From NCBI RefSeq assembly GCF_963921235.1, contig NC_086097.1, forward strand, positions 108,130,001-108,194,000: DNA of 64,000 nucleotides, written 5' to 3'. This DNA is from Mobula hypostoma (taxonomy: Eukaryota). The position numbers were made by a program, and so were the translations under genes. The notes below the pieces were generated by a model, which was not told the DNA's origin, made no database searches, and saw only the letters and a program-made list of their open reading frames with translations. Shown piece by piece: positions 51,600 through 64,000 of this stretch (position 1 is its first letter; each line of letters begins with the position of its first letter).

Positions 51600-53950
51600 C
51601 CAAGAAGGGGAATTTGTAGAATGCCTATGAAATGGCCTTTTAGAGCAGCTTGTGGTTCAGCCCACTAGGGCATCAGCTATTCTGGATTGGGTGTTGTACA
51701 ATGAACTGGAATGGATTAGAGAGTTTAAGGTAAAAGAACCCTTAGGGGAGTGGGATCACAATATAATGGAATTCACCCTGAAATTTGAGAAGGAGAAGCT
51801 AAAGGCAGATGCATCTGTATTACAGTGGAGTAAAGGGAATACAGAGGCATGAGAGGAGTTGGGCAAAGCTGATTGGAAAAGAACACTGGCAGGGATGACG
51901 GCACAGCAGCAATGGCTGGAATTTCTGGAAGCAATTCATAAGGCACAAGGTGCATGTATCCCAAAGAGGAAGAAGTATTCTAAAGGTAGGATGCCACAAC
52001 CATGGCTGACAAGAGAAGTCAAAGCCAACATAAAAGCCAATGAGAGGGCATATAATAGAGCAAATATTAGTGGGAAATTGGAGAATTGGAAAGCTTTAAA
52101 ATCTAACAGAAGGCAACTAAAGAAGTCATAAAGAAAGAAAAGTTGGAATACAAAAGTAAGCTAGCCGATAATATTAACGAGGATACCAAAAGTTTCTCCC
52201 AAAAGAGTAAAATAGAAGCAAGAGTAGATTATGGACCGCTGGAAAATAACACTGGAGAGTTAATAATGGGGAACAAGGAAATGGTAGATGAGCTGGATAA
52301 GCAACTTGCATCAGTATTCATTGTGGAAGACAATCAATGTTGGATGTTCGAGAGTGTCAGGGCTCAGAAGCATGTGAAGTTGCCATTACTAGGGAGAAGG
52401 TTCTTGGGAAACTGAAATTTCCTGAACTGATGGTGTATACCCCAGGGTCTGAAAGAGCTGACTGAAGAACTTGTGGAGGCATTAGTAATGATCTTTCAAG
52501 AATCAATTGATTCTGGCATGGTTTTGGGGAATGGAAAATTGTTAATATCATTCCACTCTTCAAGAAGGGACAGAGGCAGAAGAAAGGAAGCTATAGGCTA
52601 TAGGCTAGTTAGCCTCAGTGATTGGAATGATGTTGAAGTCAATTGTTAAGAATGTGACTTCAGGGTACTTGGAGGTACGTGAAAAGATAGGCCACAGTCA
52701 GCATTGGTTCCTCAAGGGAAAATCTTGCCTGACAAATTTGTTGGAATTCTTTAAAGGAATAACAAGCAGGATAGACAAAAAATAATTGGTCGTGTTGTGT
52801 ACTTGATTTTGACGAAGTGCCACACATGAGGCTGCTTAATAAGTTGAGAGCCCATGGTATTACAGGAAAAAATTCTAGCATGGATAAAACATTGGCTGAT
52901 TGGCAGGAGGCAAAGAGTGAGAAGAAAGGGAATCTTTTCTGATTGGCTGCCAATGTCGAGTGGTGTTCCATAGGGATCTGTGTAGGGACTGCTTTTTATG
53001 TTACATGTCAATGACTTGGATGCTAAGTCATTGTCAATGACTTTGTGGTAAGTTTGCAGATGATATAAAGATATGTGGAGGCGCTCGTAGTGTTGAGCAA
53101 GCAGGAAAGCTACAGAGGGACTTGGACAAATGGACAAAGAAGTGGCTGATGGAATACAGTGTCAGAAAGTGTATGGTCATGCGCTTTGGCAGAGAAATAA
53201 AGGGATAGGCTTTTTTACATGGAGAGAAAATTCAAAAATCTGCAAAGGAAGTTGGGAGTCCTCGTGCAGGATTCCTTGTATGTTCATTTGCAGGCTGAGC
53301 TGGTGGTGAGGAAGGCAAATGCGATGTTAGCATTTATTTCGAGAGACTAGAATGTAAAAGCAAGGATGTAATGTTGGGGCTTTATAAAGCACTGATGAGG
53401 CCTCACTTGGAATATTGTGAGCAGTTTTGGACCCTAAGAACAAATGTGCTGACTTTGGAGGGGGTTTAAAAGGAGGTTCATGAAAATGATTCCAGGATTG
53501 AATATCTTGTCATATGAGGAGTGTTTGATGGCTCTGGGCCTGTATTCATTGGAATTCAGAACAATGAGTGGTCACCTCATTGAATTTATCAAATATTGAA
53601 AGTCCTCAATAGAGAGGATGTTTCCTATGATAGGGGTGTCTGAGACCAGAGGATAATTTTAGAATAGAAGGGTATCCTTTTTGGAACAGACTTGAGAAGG
53701 AATTCCTTTAGCCAGAGAATGGTGAATCTGTGGAATTTGTTGTCACAAGTGTCTGTGGAGAACAAGTCATAGGGTATACTTAAGGGCAGAGGCTGATAGA
53801 TTCTTGATTAGTCAGGGCATGAAGGGCTATGGGGAGAAGGCAGGAGATTGGGGGTTGAGAGGGAAATGGATCAACCATGATGAAATATCGGAGTTGACTC
53901 GATGGGACAAATGGCCTAATTATGCTACTATATCTTATGGCCTTATGGTC
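51600..53950 (+). mobile_element. Old CR1 LINE (5'-truncated ORF2 plus 3' UTR)
   Basis: 'QPTRASAILDWVL...DHNIMEF', 'QPWLTREVK', RT remnants and a tail 'tcttatggccttatggtct'. Confidence 0.85.
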
Positions 53951-54287
53951 TTGCATTCTTCCTGTCATATGGTGATCACAATATTTAAAATGAACCTAAG
54001 TTTTATACAGCTGTAACATGACTTCCCAACTTTTATTCTCAGAACCATAACCAATGAAGGCAAGTGTGCCATATGCCTTCTTTACCAGCATATTTACCAT
54101 TGTCATCACCTTCAGGAAACCATAGACTTTCACCACAAGATCACTCTATACATCAGTGCTCCTGCCATGTTTATTTTCCTCTTGCACTTGACCTCCCAAA
54201 GTGCAAAACCTCACTTGTCTGGATTAAACACCATCTCCATTTCTCTGCCCACATTTCCAACTGGTCTATTTCTTGCTGAATCTTTTG

Positions 54288-57200
54288 ACCATGGAACCAT
54301 AGAACCATATAGAAACTACAGCACAGAAACAGGCCTTTTGGCCCTTCTTGGCTGTGCTGAACCATTTTCTGCCTAGTCCCACTGACCTGCACACGGACAA
54401 TATCCCTCCATACATCTCCCATCCATGTATCTGTCCAATTTATTCTTAAATGTTAAAAAAGAACCCGCATTTACCACCTCGTCTGGCAGCTCATTCCATG
54501 CTCCCACCACTCTCTGTGTGAAGAAGCCCCCCTAATGTTCCCTTTAAACTTTTCCCCCCTCACCCTTAACCCACGTCCTCTGGTTTTTTTCTCCCCTTGC
54601 CTCAGTGGAAAAAGCCCGCTTGCATTCACTCTATCAATACCCATCATAATTTTATATACCTCTATCAAATCTCCCCTCATTCTTCTATGCTTCAGGGAAT
54701 AAAGTCCTAACCTATTCAACCTTTCTCTGTAACTGAGTTTCTCAAATCCCAGCAACATCCTTGTAAACCTTCTCTGCACTCTTTCAACCTTATTTATATC
54801 CTTCCTGTAATTTGGTGACCAAAACTGAACACAATACTCCAGATTCAGCCTCGCCAATGCCTTATACAACCTCATCATAACATTCCAGCTCTTATACTCA
54901 ATACTTTGATTAATAAAGGCCAATGTACCAAAAGCTCTCTTTACGACCCTATCTACCTGTGACGCCACTTTTAGGGAATTTTGTATCTGTATTCCCAGAT
55001 CCCTCTGTTCTACTGCACTCCTCAGTGCCTTACCATTAACCCTGTATGTTCTACCTTGGTTTGCCCTTCCAACATGCAATACCTCACACTTGTCTGTATT
55101 AAACTCCATCTGCTATTTTTCAGCCCATTTTTCCTGCTGGTCTAAGTCCCTCTGCAGGCTCTGAAAACCTTCCTCACTGTCTACTACACCTTCAATCTTT
55201 GTATCATCAGCAAATTTGCTGATCCAATTTACCACATTATCATCCAGATCATTGATATAGATGACAAATAACAATGGACCCAGCACTGATCCCTGTGGTA
55301 CACCACTAGTCACAGGCCTCCACTTGGAGAAACAATTCTCTACTACCACTCTTTGGCTTCTTCCATTGAGCCAATGTCTAATCCAATTTACCACCTCTCT
55401 ATGTATACCTAGCGACCAAATTTTCCTAACTAACCTCCCATGCGGGACCTTGTCAAAGACCTTACTGAAGTCCATGCAGACAATATCCACTGCCTTCCCT
55501 TCATCCACTTTCCTGGTAACCTCCTCGAAAAACTCCAACAGATTGGTCAAACATGACCTACCACGCACAAAGTCATGTTGACTCTCCCTAATAAGTCCCT
55601 GTCTATCCAAATGCTTGTAGATTCTGTCTCTTAGTACTCCCTCCAATAACTTACCTACTACCGATGTTAAACTTACTGGCCTATAATTTCCCAGACTACT
55701 TTTCGATCCTTTTTTAAACAACGGAACAACATGAGCCACTCTCCAGTCCTCCAGCACCTCACCTGTAGACAGCGACATTTTAAATATTTCTGCCAGGGCT
55801 TCTGCAATTTCAACACTATTCTCCTTCAAGGTCCGAGGGAACACCCTGTCAGGTCCCAGGGATTTATCCACTTTAATTTTCCTCAAGACAGCAAGGACCT
55901 CCTCCTTTTCGATCTGTACAGTTTCCATGATCTCACTACTTGTTTCCCTTAATTCCATAGGCTTCATGCCAGTTTCCTTAGTAAATACAGTCGCAAAAAA
56001 CCTATTTAAGATCTCCCCCATTTCCTTTGGATCAGCACATAGCCGACCACTCTGATCTTCAAGAGGACCAATTTTATCCCTTACAATCCTTTTGCTCTTA
56101 ATATACCTGTAAAAGCTCTTTGGATTATCCTTCACTTTGACTGTCAAGGCAACCTCATGTCTTCTTTTAGCCCTCCTGATTTCTTTCTTAAGTATTTTCT
56201 TGCACTTCTTATACTCCTCAAGCACCTTATTTACTCCCTGCTTCTTATACATGTCATACAACTCCCTCTTCTTCTTTATCAGAGTTGCAATATCCCTTGA
56301 GAACCAAGGTTCCTTATTCCTATTCACTTTGCCTTTAATCCTGACAGGAACATACAACTTCTGCATTCTCAAAATTTCTCCTTTGAAGGCTTCCCACCTA
56401 CCGATCACATCGTTGCCAGAGAACAACCTGTCCCAATCCACGCTTTTTAGATCTTTTCTCATTTCTTCAAATCTGGCCTTCTTCCAGTTAAGAACCTCCA
56501 CCCTAGGACCAGATCTATCCTTGTCCATGATCAAGTTGAAACTAATGGTGTTATGATCACTGGAACCAAAGTGCTCCCCTACACAGACTTCTGTCACTTG
56601 TCCTAACTCGTTTCCTAACAGGAGATCCAATATTGCATCCCCTCTAGTTGGTCCCTCTATATATTGATTTAGAAAACTTTCCTGAACACATTTTACAAAC
56701 TCTAAACCATCTAGACCCCTAACAGTATGGGAGACCCAATCAATATATGGAAAATTAAAATCCCCTACCACCACAACTTTATGTTTCCTGCAGTTGCCTG
56801 CTACCTCTCTGCAGATTTGCTCTTCCAATTCTCGTTGCCTATTGGGTGGTCTGTAATACAATCCCACTAATGTGGCCATACCTTTCCTGTTTCTCAGCTC
56901 CACCCATAAGGACTCAGTAGACAAGCCCTCTAATCTGTCCGGCCTGAGCACTGCTGTAATATTTTCCCTAACAAGCAATGCTACACCCCCCACATTTCAT
57001 TCCTCTGCCTCGATCACATCTGAAACATCGGAACCCTGAAATATTAAGCTGCCAGCCCTGCCTCTCCTGTAGCCAAGTTTCACTAATTGCTATAACATCA
57101 TAATTCCACGTGTCAATCCACGCCCTCAACTCATCCGCCTTCCCCGCAATACTCCTAGCATTGAAATATATACACCTCAGAAGATTTTTACCACCACTCA

Positions 57201-57468
57201 CAACCTTTCTATTAGCGGATTTGCTTGAACTTTTAAGATTATTTATTTTCACCCAAGCCACACTGTCAGCTCTGGCACTCTGGTTCCCATCCCCCTGCAA
57301 ATCTAGTTTAAAGCCTCCCCAATAGCACTAACATACCTCCCTGAAAGGATATTCGTTCCCCTGTAGTTCAAGTGTAACCCGTCTCTCTTGTACAGGTCCC
57401 ACCTGCCCCAGAAGAGATTCCAATTATCCTGAAATCTGAAACCCTGCTCCCTACACCAGTTCCTCAGC
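54288..57468 (-). mobile_element. Young CR1 LINE with nearly intact ORF2, nested in an older minus-strand CR1 (about 53990-54287 and 57470-57975)
   Basis: A 626-aa ORF at 55113-56993 covers APE and RT (GDFNFP, SDHN, GVPQGSVLGP, FADD). Flanking ORFs are 56968-57300 and 54471-55109, with a (TTCTATGG)n-like tail. Confidence 0.95.
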
Positions 57469-58162
57469 TTACATCAGACAACTTGCATTGTCTGCCAGTT
57501 TTTGCATAGTCTGCAATCTTTGATAATCAACTCATCTATATTTTTGCCAAAATTATTTGTATGCATACCAAACAGTGGAAATCCTTGTGGAACACCACTG
57601 GTCACAGGCATCCTGTCACAATAATGCCACTCCACTAAAACCACTGTTTCTTTTGAGCAAGCTAATTTTAAATGCAATCCAATCCCATCCCATAAATCTC
57701 CTCTCCATGGATCCACTGTGCTTTAATTTTCTGGATCACTTGAAAATCAGGTACTTGGGAATCATCATCATCACCTTTTGGAAAAACCTGATTAAGTTTG
57801 TTAGACATGACCTCCTTTGTACAAGCTATGCTGACTATCCTTGATAAGCCCATGTTTTTTCCAGATGTTAATACACCCGAGCCCTAAAAACCTTCTCCAA
57901 TAATTTCCCTACTACTGAAAGGTTTAACAGCCCATAATTTCTTGGTTTGTCTCTGCTTCTCTTCTTTACACAGTGGAGCGTAGGTTAATTGGTCATTGTA
58001 AATTACATCGTAATTAGGCTAGGATTAAAGTGGGGGATTGCTGGGTGGCACAGCTCGAAGGGCGAGCAGGGCCTACTCTCTGCCAAATCTCAAATAAAAA
58101 TAAAACAGCATGACTATAGTTCATGCTTACTTAAGACTATGTCAACTTGTATTTATCAGTGT

Positions 58163-59067
58163 TGTCACATACCCCGTGATGGGAATAAAGAAACCAACAG
58201 AAATAGAAACCACTTTGGTCTAGTATTGCTAATAACTAATAATATTGATTAATAACTACGCAGTACAACTATGTGAAGATAAATCAAACAGGTTAGCAAG
58301 AATTATATTTATAAGTGAGTAAATCAGTAAGTGTGGAAAAATATGTATGAAAACCAAGCTTCTTTAAGTCTAGAGGTAAAAAGATACAGTCTTACAATGT
58401 TGAGTAAAGTTCACTTCAGTTCGTGGTATGTAGTTGAATAGCGATGGAGAGAGAGAGAGTGAGTTGAGTCTTCAGGTGAGCTGTTGCCATCGATTTTCTC
58501 GTCGTCCTCTGAAATCCTTCACAAGTCACTGACTGTGACTTTAACAACAAAGGGGACCGTACTTCAGTGTGGTTGAGCTGTCTACCCAGGCCAGGGTCGG
58601 ACACATGGACAACTCCCCACCGGTCTTGCCTTTGAATTTTCACTGGCAGAGCACTTGGATCAATCCACCTGATTGATCCTCCAAAACCCACTTTCTCTGC
58701 GGACACAACAATGCTCATTCAGTGTCCCGATCATGTGACTGGGGTCTGTATCATCTGACCTCCTATTTCTTTCCCTGTGCTGAGCATCGCTTGTCATTCA
58801 AAGAGTCCCTCCTTCCTTTGTCTGTAAAGGAATGCAAGCAGGCAACAAGTCCTTGGAAGTAACATCAATAAAGTCCTGTTAGTTACCATAGCAACCTTCG
58901 AGCTGCTCAGTTTTTATCTCCAAAGTAAAACTCCAAAGTTAACTCCCGCGACAGTCCAACCGTCAATCTTCGTCTCTCTCTCTCTTTTCCAAACAAACCA
59001 TCAATGATAAGTGACTCTCTCTGTCTCTCTTCAATCAGTTAATAGGGCACTCCTGGATCCCCTCACA
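58163..59067 (-). mobile_element. Solo LTR (905 bp)
   Basis: TG...CA termini (TGTGAGGGG...GGGGTATGTGACA on minus) and a 4-bp TSD GTGT at 58159-58162 and 59068-59071. No internal coding sequence is present; the strand is tentative. Confidence 0.65.
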
Positions 59068-60004
59068 GTGTCTTGTAATGTATTGTGCTGATGTTGCAAA
59101 AGGAAATTTTCATGGCAATTATACACTGCTGTATATGCATACCTATGACAACAATAAACAAACTTGAATTTGGCTATTTCCCTGCACTTGGAAACTTCAC
59201 AAGGCTAAAGAGTATATAACAATCTTTATTAAGGCCCAGGAATTGCTTTTGCCTCTCTCACTGAACTGGTATAGACCACATAAGATCTTGGGGACTTATC
59301 TACTTTAACGTTCTTCAAGAGACTCAATGCCACTTCCCTTATCTTGAAGTGCCCTGGAATGTTCTCCCAGCAGGGAGGAGTCTATGCAGTATCCATGCTG
59401 GGACCATCAGATTCAAAAACAGTTACTTTCCCCAAGCAGTAAGACTGATCAACACCTCCACCCACTAACCCACCCCTCCACAACCCCTACCAGCAGTACT
59501 TTGTTATGTTCTGTCAGTCACCTTATGTACAGACACTCTAGTGCCTGGTGTAATGTATGGACATCCAATCAACGTATATAAGCTAGCTTATACATTTATA
59601 TTTATTGTGTTTCTTTATTATTGTTTTCTTTATCTTATTGTGTTTTTCCTTATGTTGCATTAGACCTGGAGTAAGAATTATTTTGTTCTCCTTTACACTT
59701 GTGTACTAGAAATGATATTAAACAACCTTGGATCCTGAATAGTGGCACACTGATCTTTCAGTCATCCATGTCAATCTGTTTGGTAAATACTGGTATAAAG
59801 TACTTAGCACCTCATCCATGTCTTCCACTTACGTCCTCTCTTTTGTACCTACGCCGTTGTACCATCTCCCTAGTGAGGGTTTTTAATGCATAAAAATACC
59901 ATGACTCCTGTAAGATTTTTCCTGCTTCCTTTATATTCCTCATAGGCCCTACCTACATTCAGCTTTGATTGAATTTTCAACATCTCTTGTCAGTCAAGGT
60001 TCCC

Positions 60005-61555
60005 GATCAGAAAGCATCTGACCCAGATGGGGTACCTGGCTGAGTATTAATGACCTGAGCTGATCAACTGGCTGAAGTGTTCACCGATAGCTTTAACCCC
60101 TTCCTTCGACACTACCCACCTGCTTCAAGCTGTCGTCAAACACACTGTTGCCTAAGAAGAACATTGTAACCTGCCTCAATGACTATGAGGCACTTACAGA
60201 ACATTCACAGTGAGGCAATGTTTTCAGAGTCTGGTGATGAAATACATCAACTCCTGCTTGAGAAGTGACTCGGATCACTCCAGTTTGCATATCGGCACAA
60301 CAGGTCCACAGCAGATGCCATTTCATTGGCTCTTCACCTGGAACATTTGAACAGCAAAGATGTATATATCAGAATGCTCTTTATTGACTATAACTCAGCA
60401 TTCAATGCCATCATCCCCTCAATACTAATCAATAAGCTTCAAGACCTTGCCCTCAATACCTCCTTGTGCAATTAGATCCTTAATTTCCTCACTTGCAGAC
60501 GCTAGTCAGTTCAGATTGGCAACAATATCTCCTCCACAATCTTCTTTGGCACACATGCACCAGAAGGCTACTTTACTCTCTTTACATTTATGACCATGTG
60601 GCTAATCACAGCTGCAACGCCACATTTATGTTTGCAGATGACATCACTGTTGTTGCTGAATCAAAGGTAGTGATAAATCAGTATATAGGAGGGAGATTGA
60701 AAATCTTGTTGAGTGGTGCCACGATGACCTCTCAGTCAATGTCAGCAAGACCAAGGAGCTGATTATTAACTTCAGGAGGAGGAAACTGGAGGTCCATGAG
60801 CCAGTCCTCATCAAGGGAATAAAAGGTGAAAAGAGTCAAACTCAGCAACTTTAAATTCCTCGGTGTACTGATTTCAGAGGTCCCATCCTGGGCCCGGCAT
60901 GAAGAATGCACTGCAAAGCCTCTATTTCCTTAGAAATTTGCGAAGATTTGGCATGACATCTAAAACTTTGACAAACTTGTATAGATGGGTGGTGGAGAGT
61001 GTATTGACCGGTTGCGTCACAGCCTGGTATGGAAACACCAATGCCTTCGAACAGAAAATCCTACAAAAAGTAGTGGATTCAGCCCAGCCCATCATGGGTA
61101 AAGCCCTTCCCATCACTGAACACATCTACACACTGTCTTAGGAAAGCACATCCATCATCAGGGAACACCCCCCCCCCCCCCACCAGCTCTCTTCTCATTG
61201 CTGCCACCAGGAAGAGGACACAGAAGCCTCAAGACTCACACTAACAAGTTCAGGAACAGTTATTACCCTTCAACCATCAGGCTGTTGAATCAGTGGGGAT
61301 AACTTCATTCAACTTCACTTTCCCCGTCATTGAACTGTTCCCACAAACACTGAATTCACTTTCAAGGACTCTTCATCTTTATATTTACTTCTTTTTTCCT
61401 CTCTTGTATTTGCCGTTTGATGTCTTTTGCCTGCTGGATGTTCCTCTGCCCTGTTGGGTGGTTCTTGGATTTTTTGAGTATGCCCTCAAGAAAATGAGTC
61501 TCAGGATTGTATATGGTGACATATTTGTACTTTGATAATAAATTTTCCTTGAACT
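60005..61555 (+). mobile_element. Rex1/Babar-like LINE RT and 3' end, degenerate
   Basis: Remnants '[14 protein letters not shown]', '[10 protein letters not shown]', 'FMFADDITVV' and 'VVESVLTGCVTAWYG'. Confidence 0.8.
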
Positions 61556-62614
61556 TCTGTTGAATCTAAATTCTGATCGGGTGGCTTTGAAACATCTCCC
61601 ACATTCAGATGTGGACCGACCCAATAGCAGCTGCTTCCAAAATACCTGCTCCACCTAATGTTACTGTAATTTGCTTTCCCTAATTCAGCACTTTAGCCTG
61701 AGGTCCATATTGTGCTTCTCCATGACTTTCTGAAGGGGTGGGGATAATGTGGTAAGGTACTACCAGAGAAGATTATCTAAGACATTTATCAGCTCAAAAG
61801 TTGGGCAGAGTGGTGACAAACGGAATTTAATCCACGCATGTAATGTCTTTTGGGAGGTTAATTTCTGATCACTTGGGTTGTTGGATAACTGAAGAGTCAC
61901 CAAATTACTTAGAAATATCATTTCAATTTTTGAAGTTTCCATTGGTTTTTATGATTCTCTTTATTCATGTTATTAATAATATTCTTATCAATAATATTCT
62001 TGTTATTGGTTTCTGGCTTCTGAGACCAGTTCAGCATTACTAACACAGCTATGGATTTAGAATTACACTCAGTCCAACATGCTCAAGGATGTAAATCAGT
62101 TTATTATTGTCACAAGTACCAAAGCACAGTGGAAAAATTTGTCTTGCATACCACCAAGTAGATCAATTCATTTCAAAGTAAAACAAAAACAGAGTACAGA
62201 GATAGTGTAGGTAGACAATAATGTACAAGGTCCAAACAAGGTAGATTGTGAGTCTATCTAATTGTACTAAAGAAGCATTCTATAGTCTTATAACAGTGGG
62301 ATAGAAGCTGTCCTTGAGTCTGATGATATGTGCTTGAATGCTTTTGTATCTTCTGCCTAATGGACTGACTAAATTCCCTGTATAAAGAATAAAAAAAATA
62401 GTGATTACAACCATCTGGAGGTTTCATGGTTACCAACGCCAAATTTCTTTATTCACTAAACAGTACTTCTTCAGTTGCTATGGTAGGATTTAAACCCATA
62501 ATTCCAGGTCTTTCTCTAAGTCTCTACATTATTAGTCAGTAACATAGCTACTGCAGAATAGTTCTCAATATTTGAAGGCTCGTGGTCCAATTCCATTTGT
62601 TATTTCTTCTGGTT

Positions 62615-63577
62615 TAAGATGGCACTACCGAAGATGCACAACAGCTTACAGGTCATTTAAACGAATCCGATTAAAACATTATTAGTAAACACCTTTTTGA
62701 TGTAAATTGTGGTAAACGATCAGCACAGACAATGAAAGGCAAGTGAAGGCAAAGCTGGTGTGCTGCAAAATCAATGCACTTGGAATTGGACCATGCTTGT
62801 TGGCGTGGACAATTCGGAGGGGAGAAGATGGAGCAGAGGAGTTCTGATGCCTGTCCAGTTGGTCTGGGTACGAGGGTGGATCATTCTAAGCACCGAGCTG
62901 ATATGGAGAGGTCAAGAATGACCCCTTTAGCAGCGAAGTGCAGGTCTGAAGCAAATCACTTAGCAGTGTGTTCTAGGCCTGGGACAATTTGGCTTGCTTG
63001 GACAATCTAAATACCGGCCCAGGTGGACTGGAACATAGAGTGTCGAGAGTCGGATGAGGCTGGATCGCTCTGGATGCTAAATCAATTTTGAAAAGTCGAG
63101 AAAGGCATGCCCGGCAGCAAAATAAAAGCCTGGAGCAATTTGCCACGGCAGGCCAGGTCCTAGAGAGAGGTTCGGACAACTTAAGCGCCAGCCGGGATAG
63201 TCTGGGGGCTTGTCTCTCCTCAACGCTAAAGCTGTGAGACTGCTCCGGGCTGCTGTGCTTTGTGTCGGTGAACTTTGCAGTAATTTGCTCTGCTAATATG
63301 TGGAATTGAATTCTGAGACTTTGGGGCTACTCTGGGCTGCTCTGGGGAAGTGGATCTAAGGACTCAATTTGGTTTGGAATGCTGTTCTGTTATTCACTTC
63401 TATTGTTTGCATAATTTGTTTGGTGTTTTTCTCTCTCTTTGTCTGTGAGGGGATTGTTGCTCTTTTTTATAATTGGATTCTTTCCGGTTGCTTGCTTTGC
63501 AACTGCCTGTAAGCAAAGAAGTTTCAAGGTTGTATAATTTGCACATTCTTTGATAATAAATGCACTTTGAATCTTGA
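62615..63577 (+). mobile_element. Probable non-autonomous retroelement (AAGATGGC start, LINE-like 3' tail)
   Basis: Its 3' end 'tttgataataaatgcactttgaatcttg' is shared with other repeats in the window. No coding potential was recognised. Confidence 0.4.
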
Positions 63578-64000
63578 ATGTACTGGACCATAGAGTATGA
63601 GATTTGAGAACAGACACAATTAATGTTGTTTGTGCATTATTTAAGTCAAGGATTCCCTTTCCTTTCAATTTTGTAAAAATTGATGCATCTTTTTTGTATC
63701 AATATTGCTACACATTGCTTTCTCATTGGTGCATTAATGAGGTGTTCAGTACCTCTGCACTGCAAATACTAGGGTCAATATGCACTTTTATCTGAATTAG
63801 TCTTCCAACAGATGCAACACTTCTGGTAAGATGGTGGCACATGCACATACTGCGACCATTTGTTGGCCAATCAACATTTATTAAATGTGTTTTTTTATGA
63901 TTGTAAGACTATACTGCACTCCAATAACTATGGGTACAGCAGGTCAGCAGCATCAGTAAGCTGCTTATTGTTCAGAGTAGCTAGCTGGGGTGTTGTAGGA

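Overview
Vertebrate genomic DNA, most likely from a cartilaginous fish (ray or shark). That assignment is inferred from the repeat families present, not from a database match. The window is dominated by nested transposable elements. These include several CR1-clade LINEs (SGNH-esterase ORF1 plus APE-RT ORF2), many Rex1/Babar-like LINE fragments and V-SINEs, and a full-length degenerate Tc1 transposon inserted at a TA inside a CR1. There is also a solo LTR and a near full-length restriction-like-endonuclease (Hero-type) non-LTR retrotransposon. Neptune-type Penelope-like elements (PLEs) and their short derivatives are scattered throughout. Highlights: (1) about a dozen minimal type-I hammerhead ribozyme motifs in the PLE-derived repeats, at least three with intact cores; (2) the Hero-type element is bracketed by a perfect 63-bp direct repeat of its own 3' end and has a predicted pseudoknot in its 3' UTR; (3) a local duplication gives a filled/empty insertion-site pair; (4) a few phase-compatible candidate + strand exons of an unidentified host gene. 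No host gene could be named. There is no CRISPR array, rRNA gene or prokaryotic operon.
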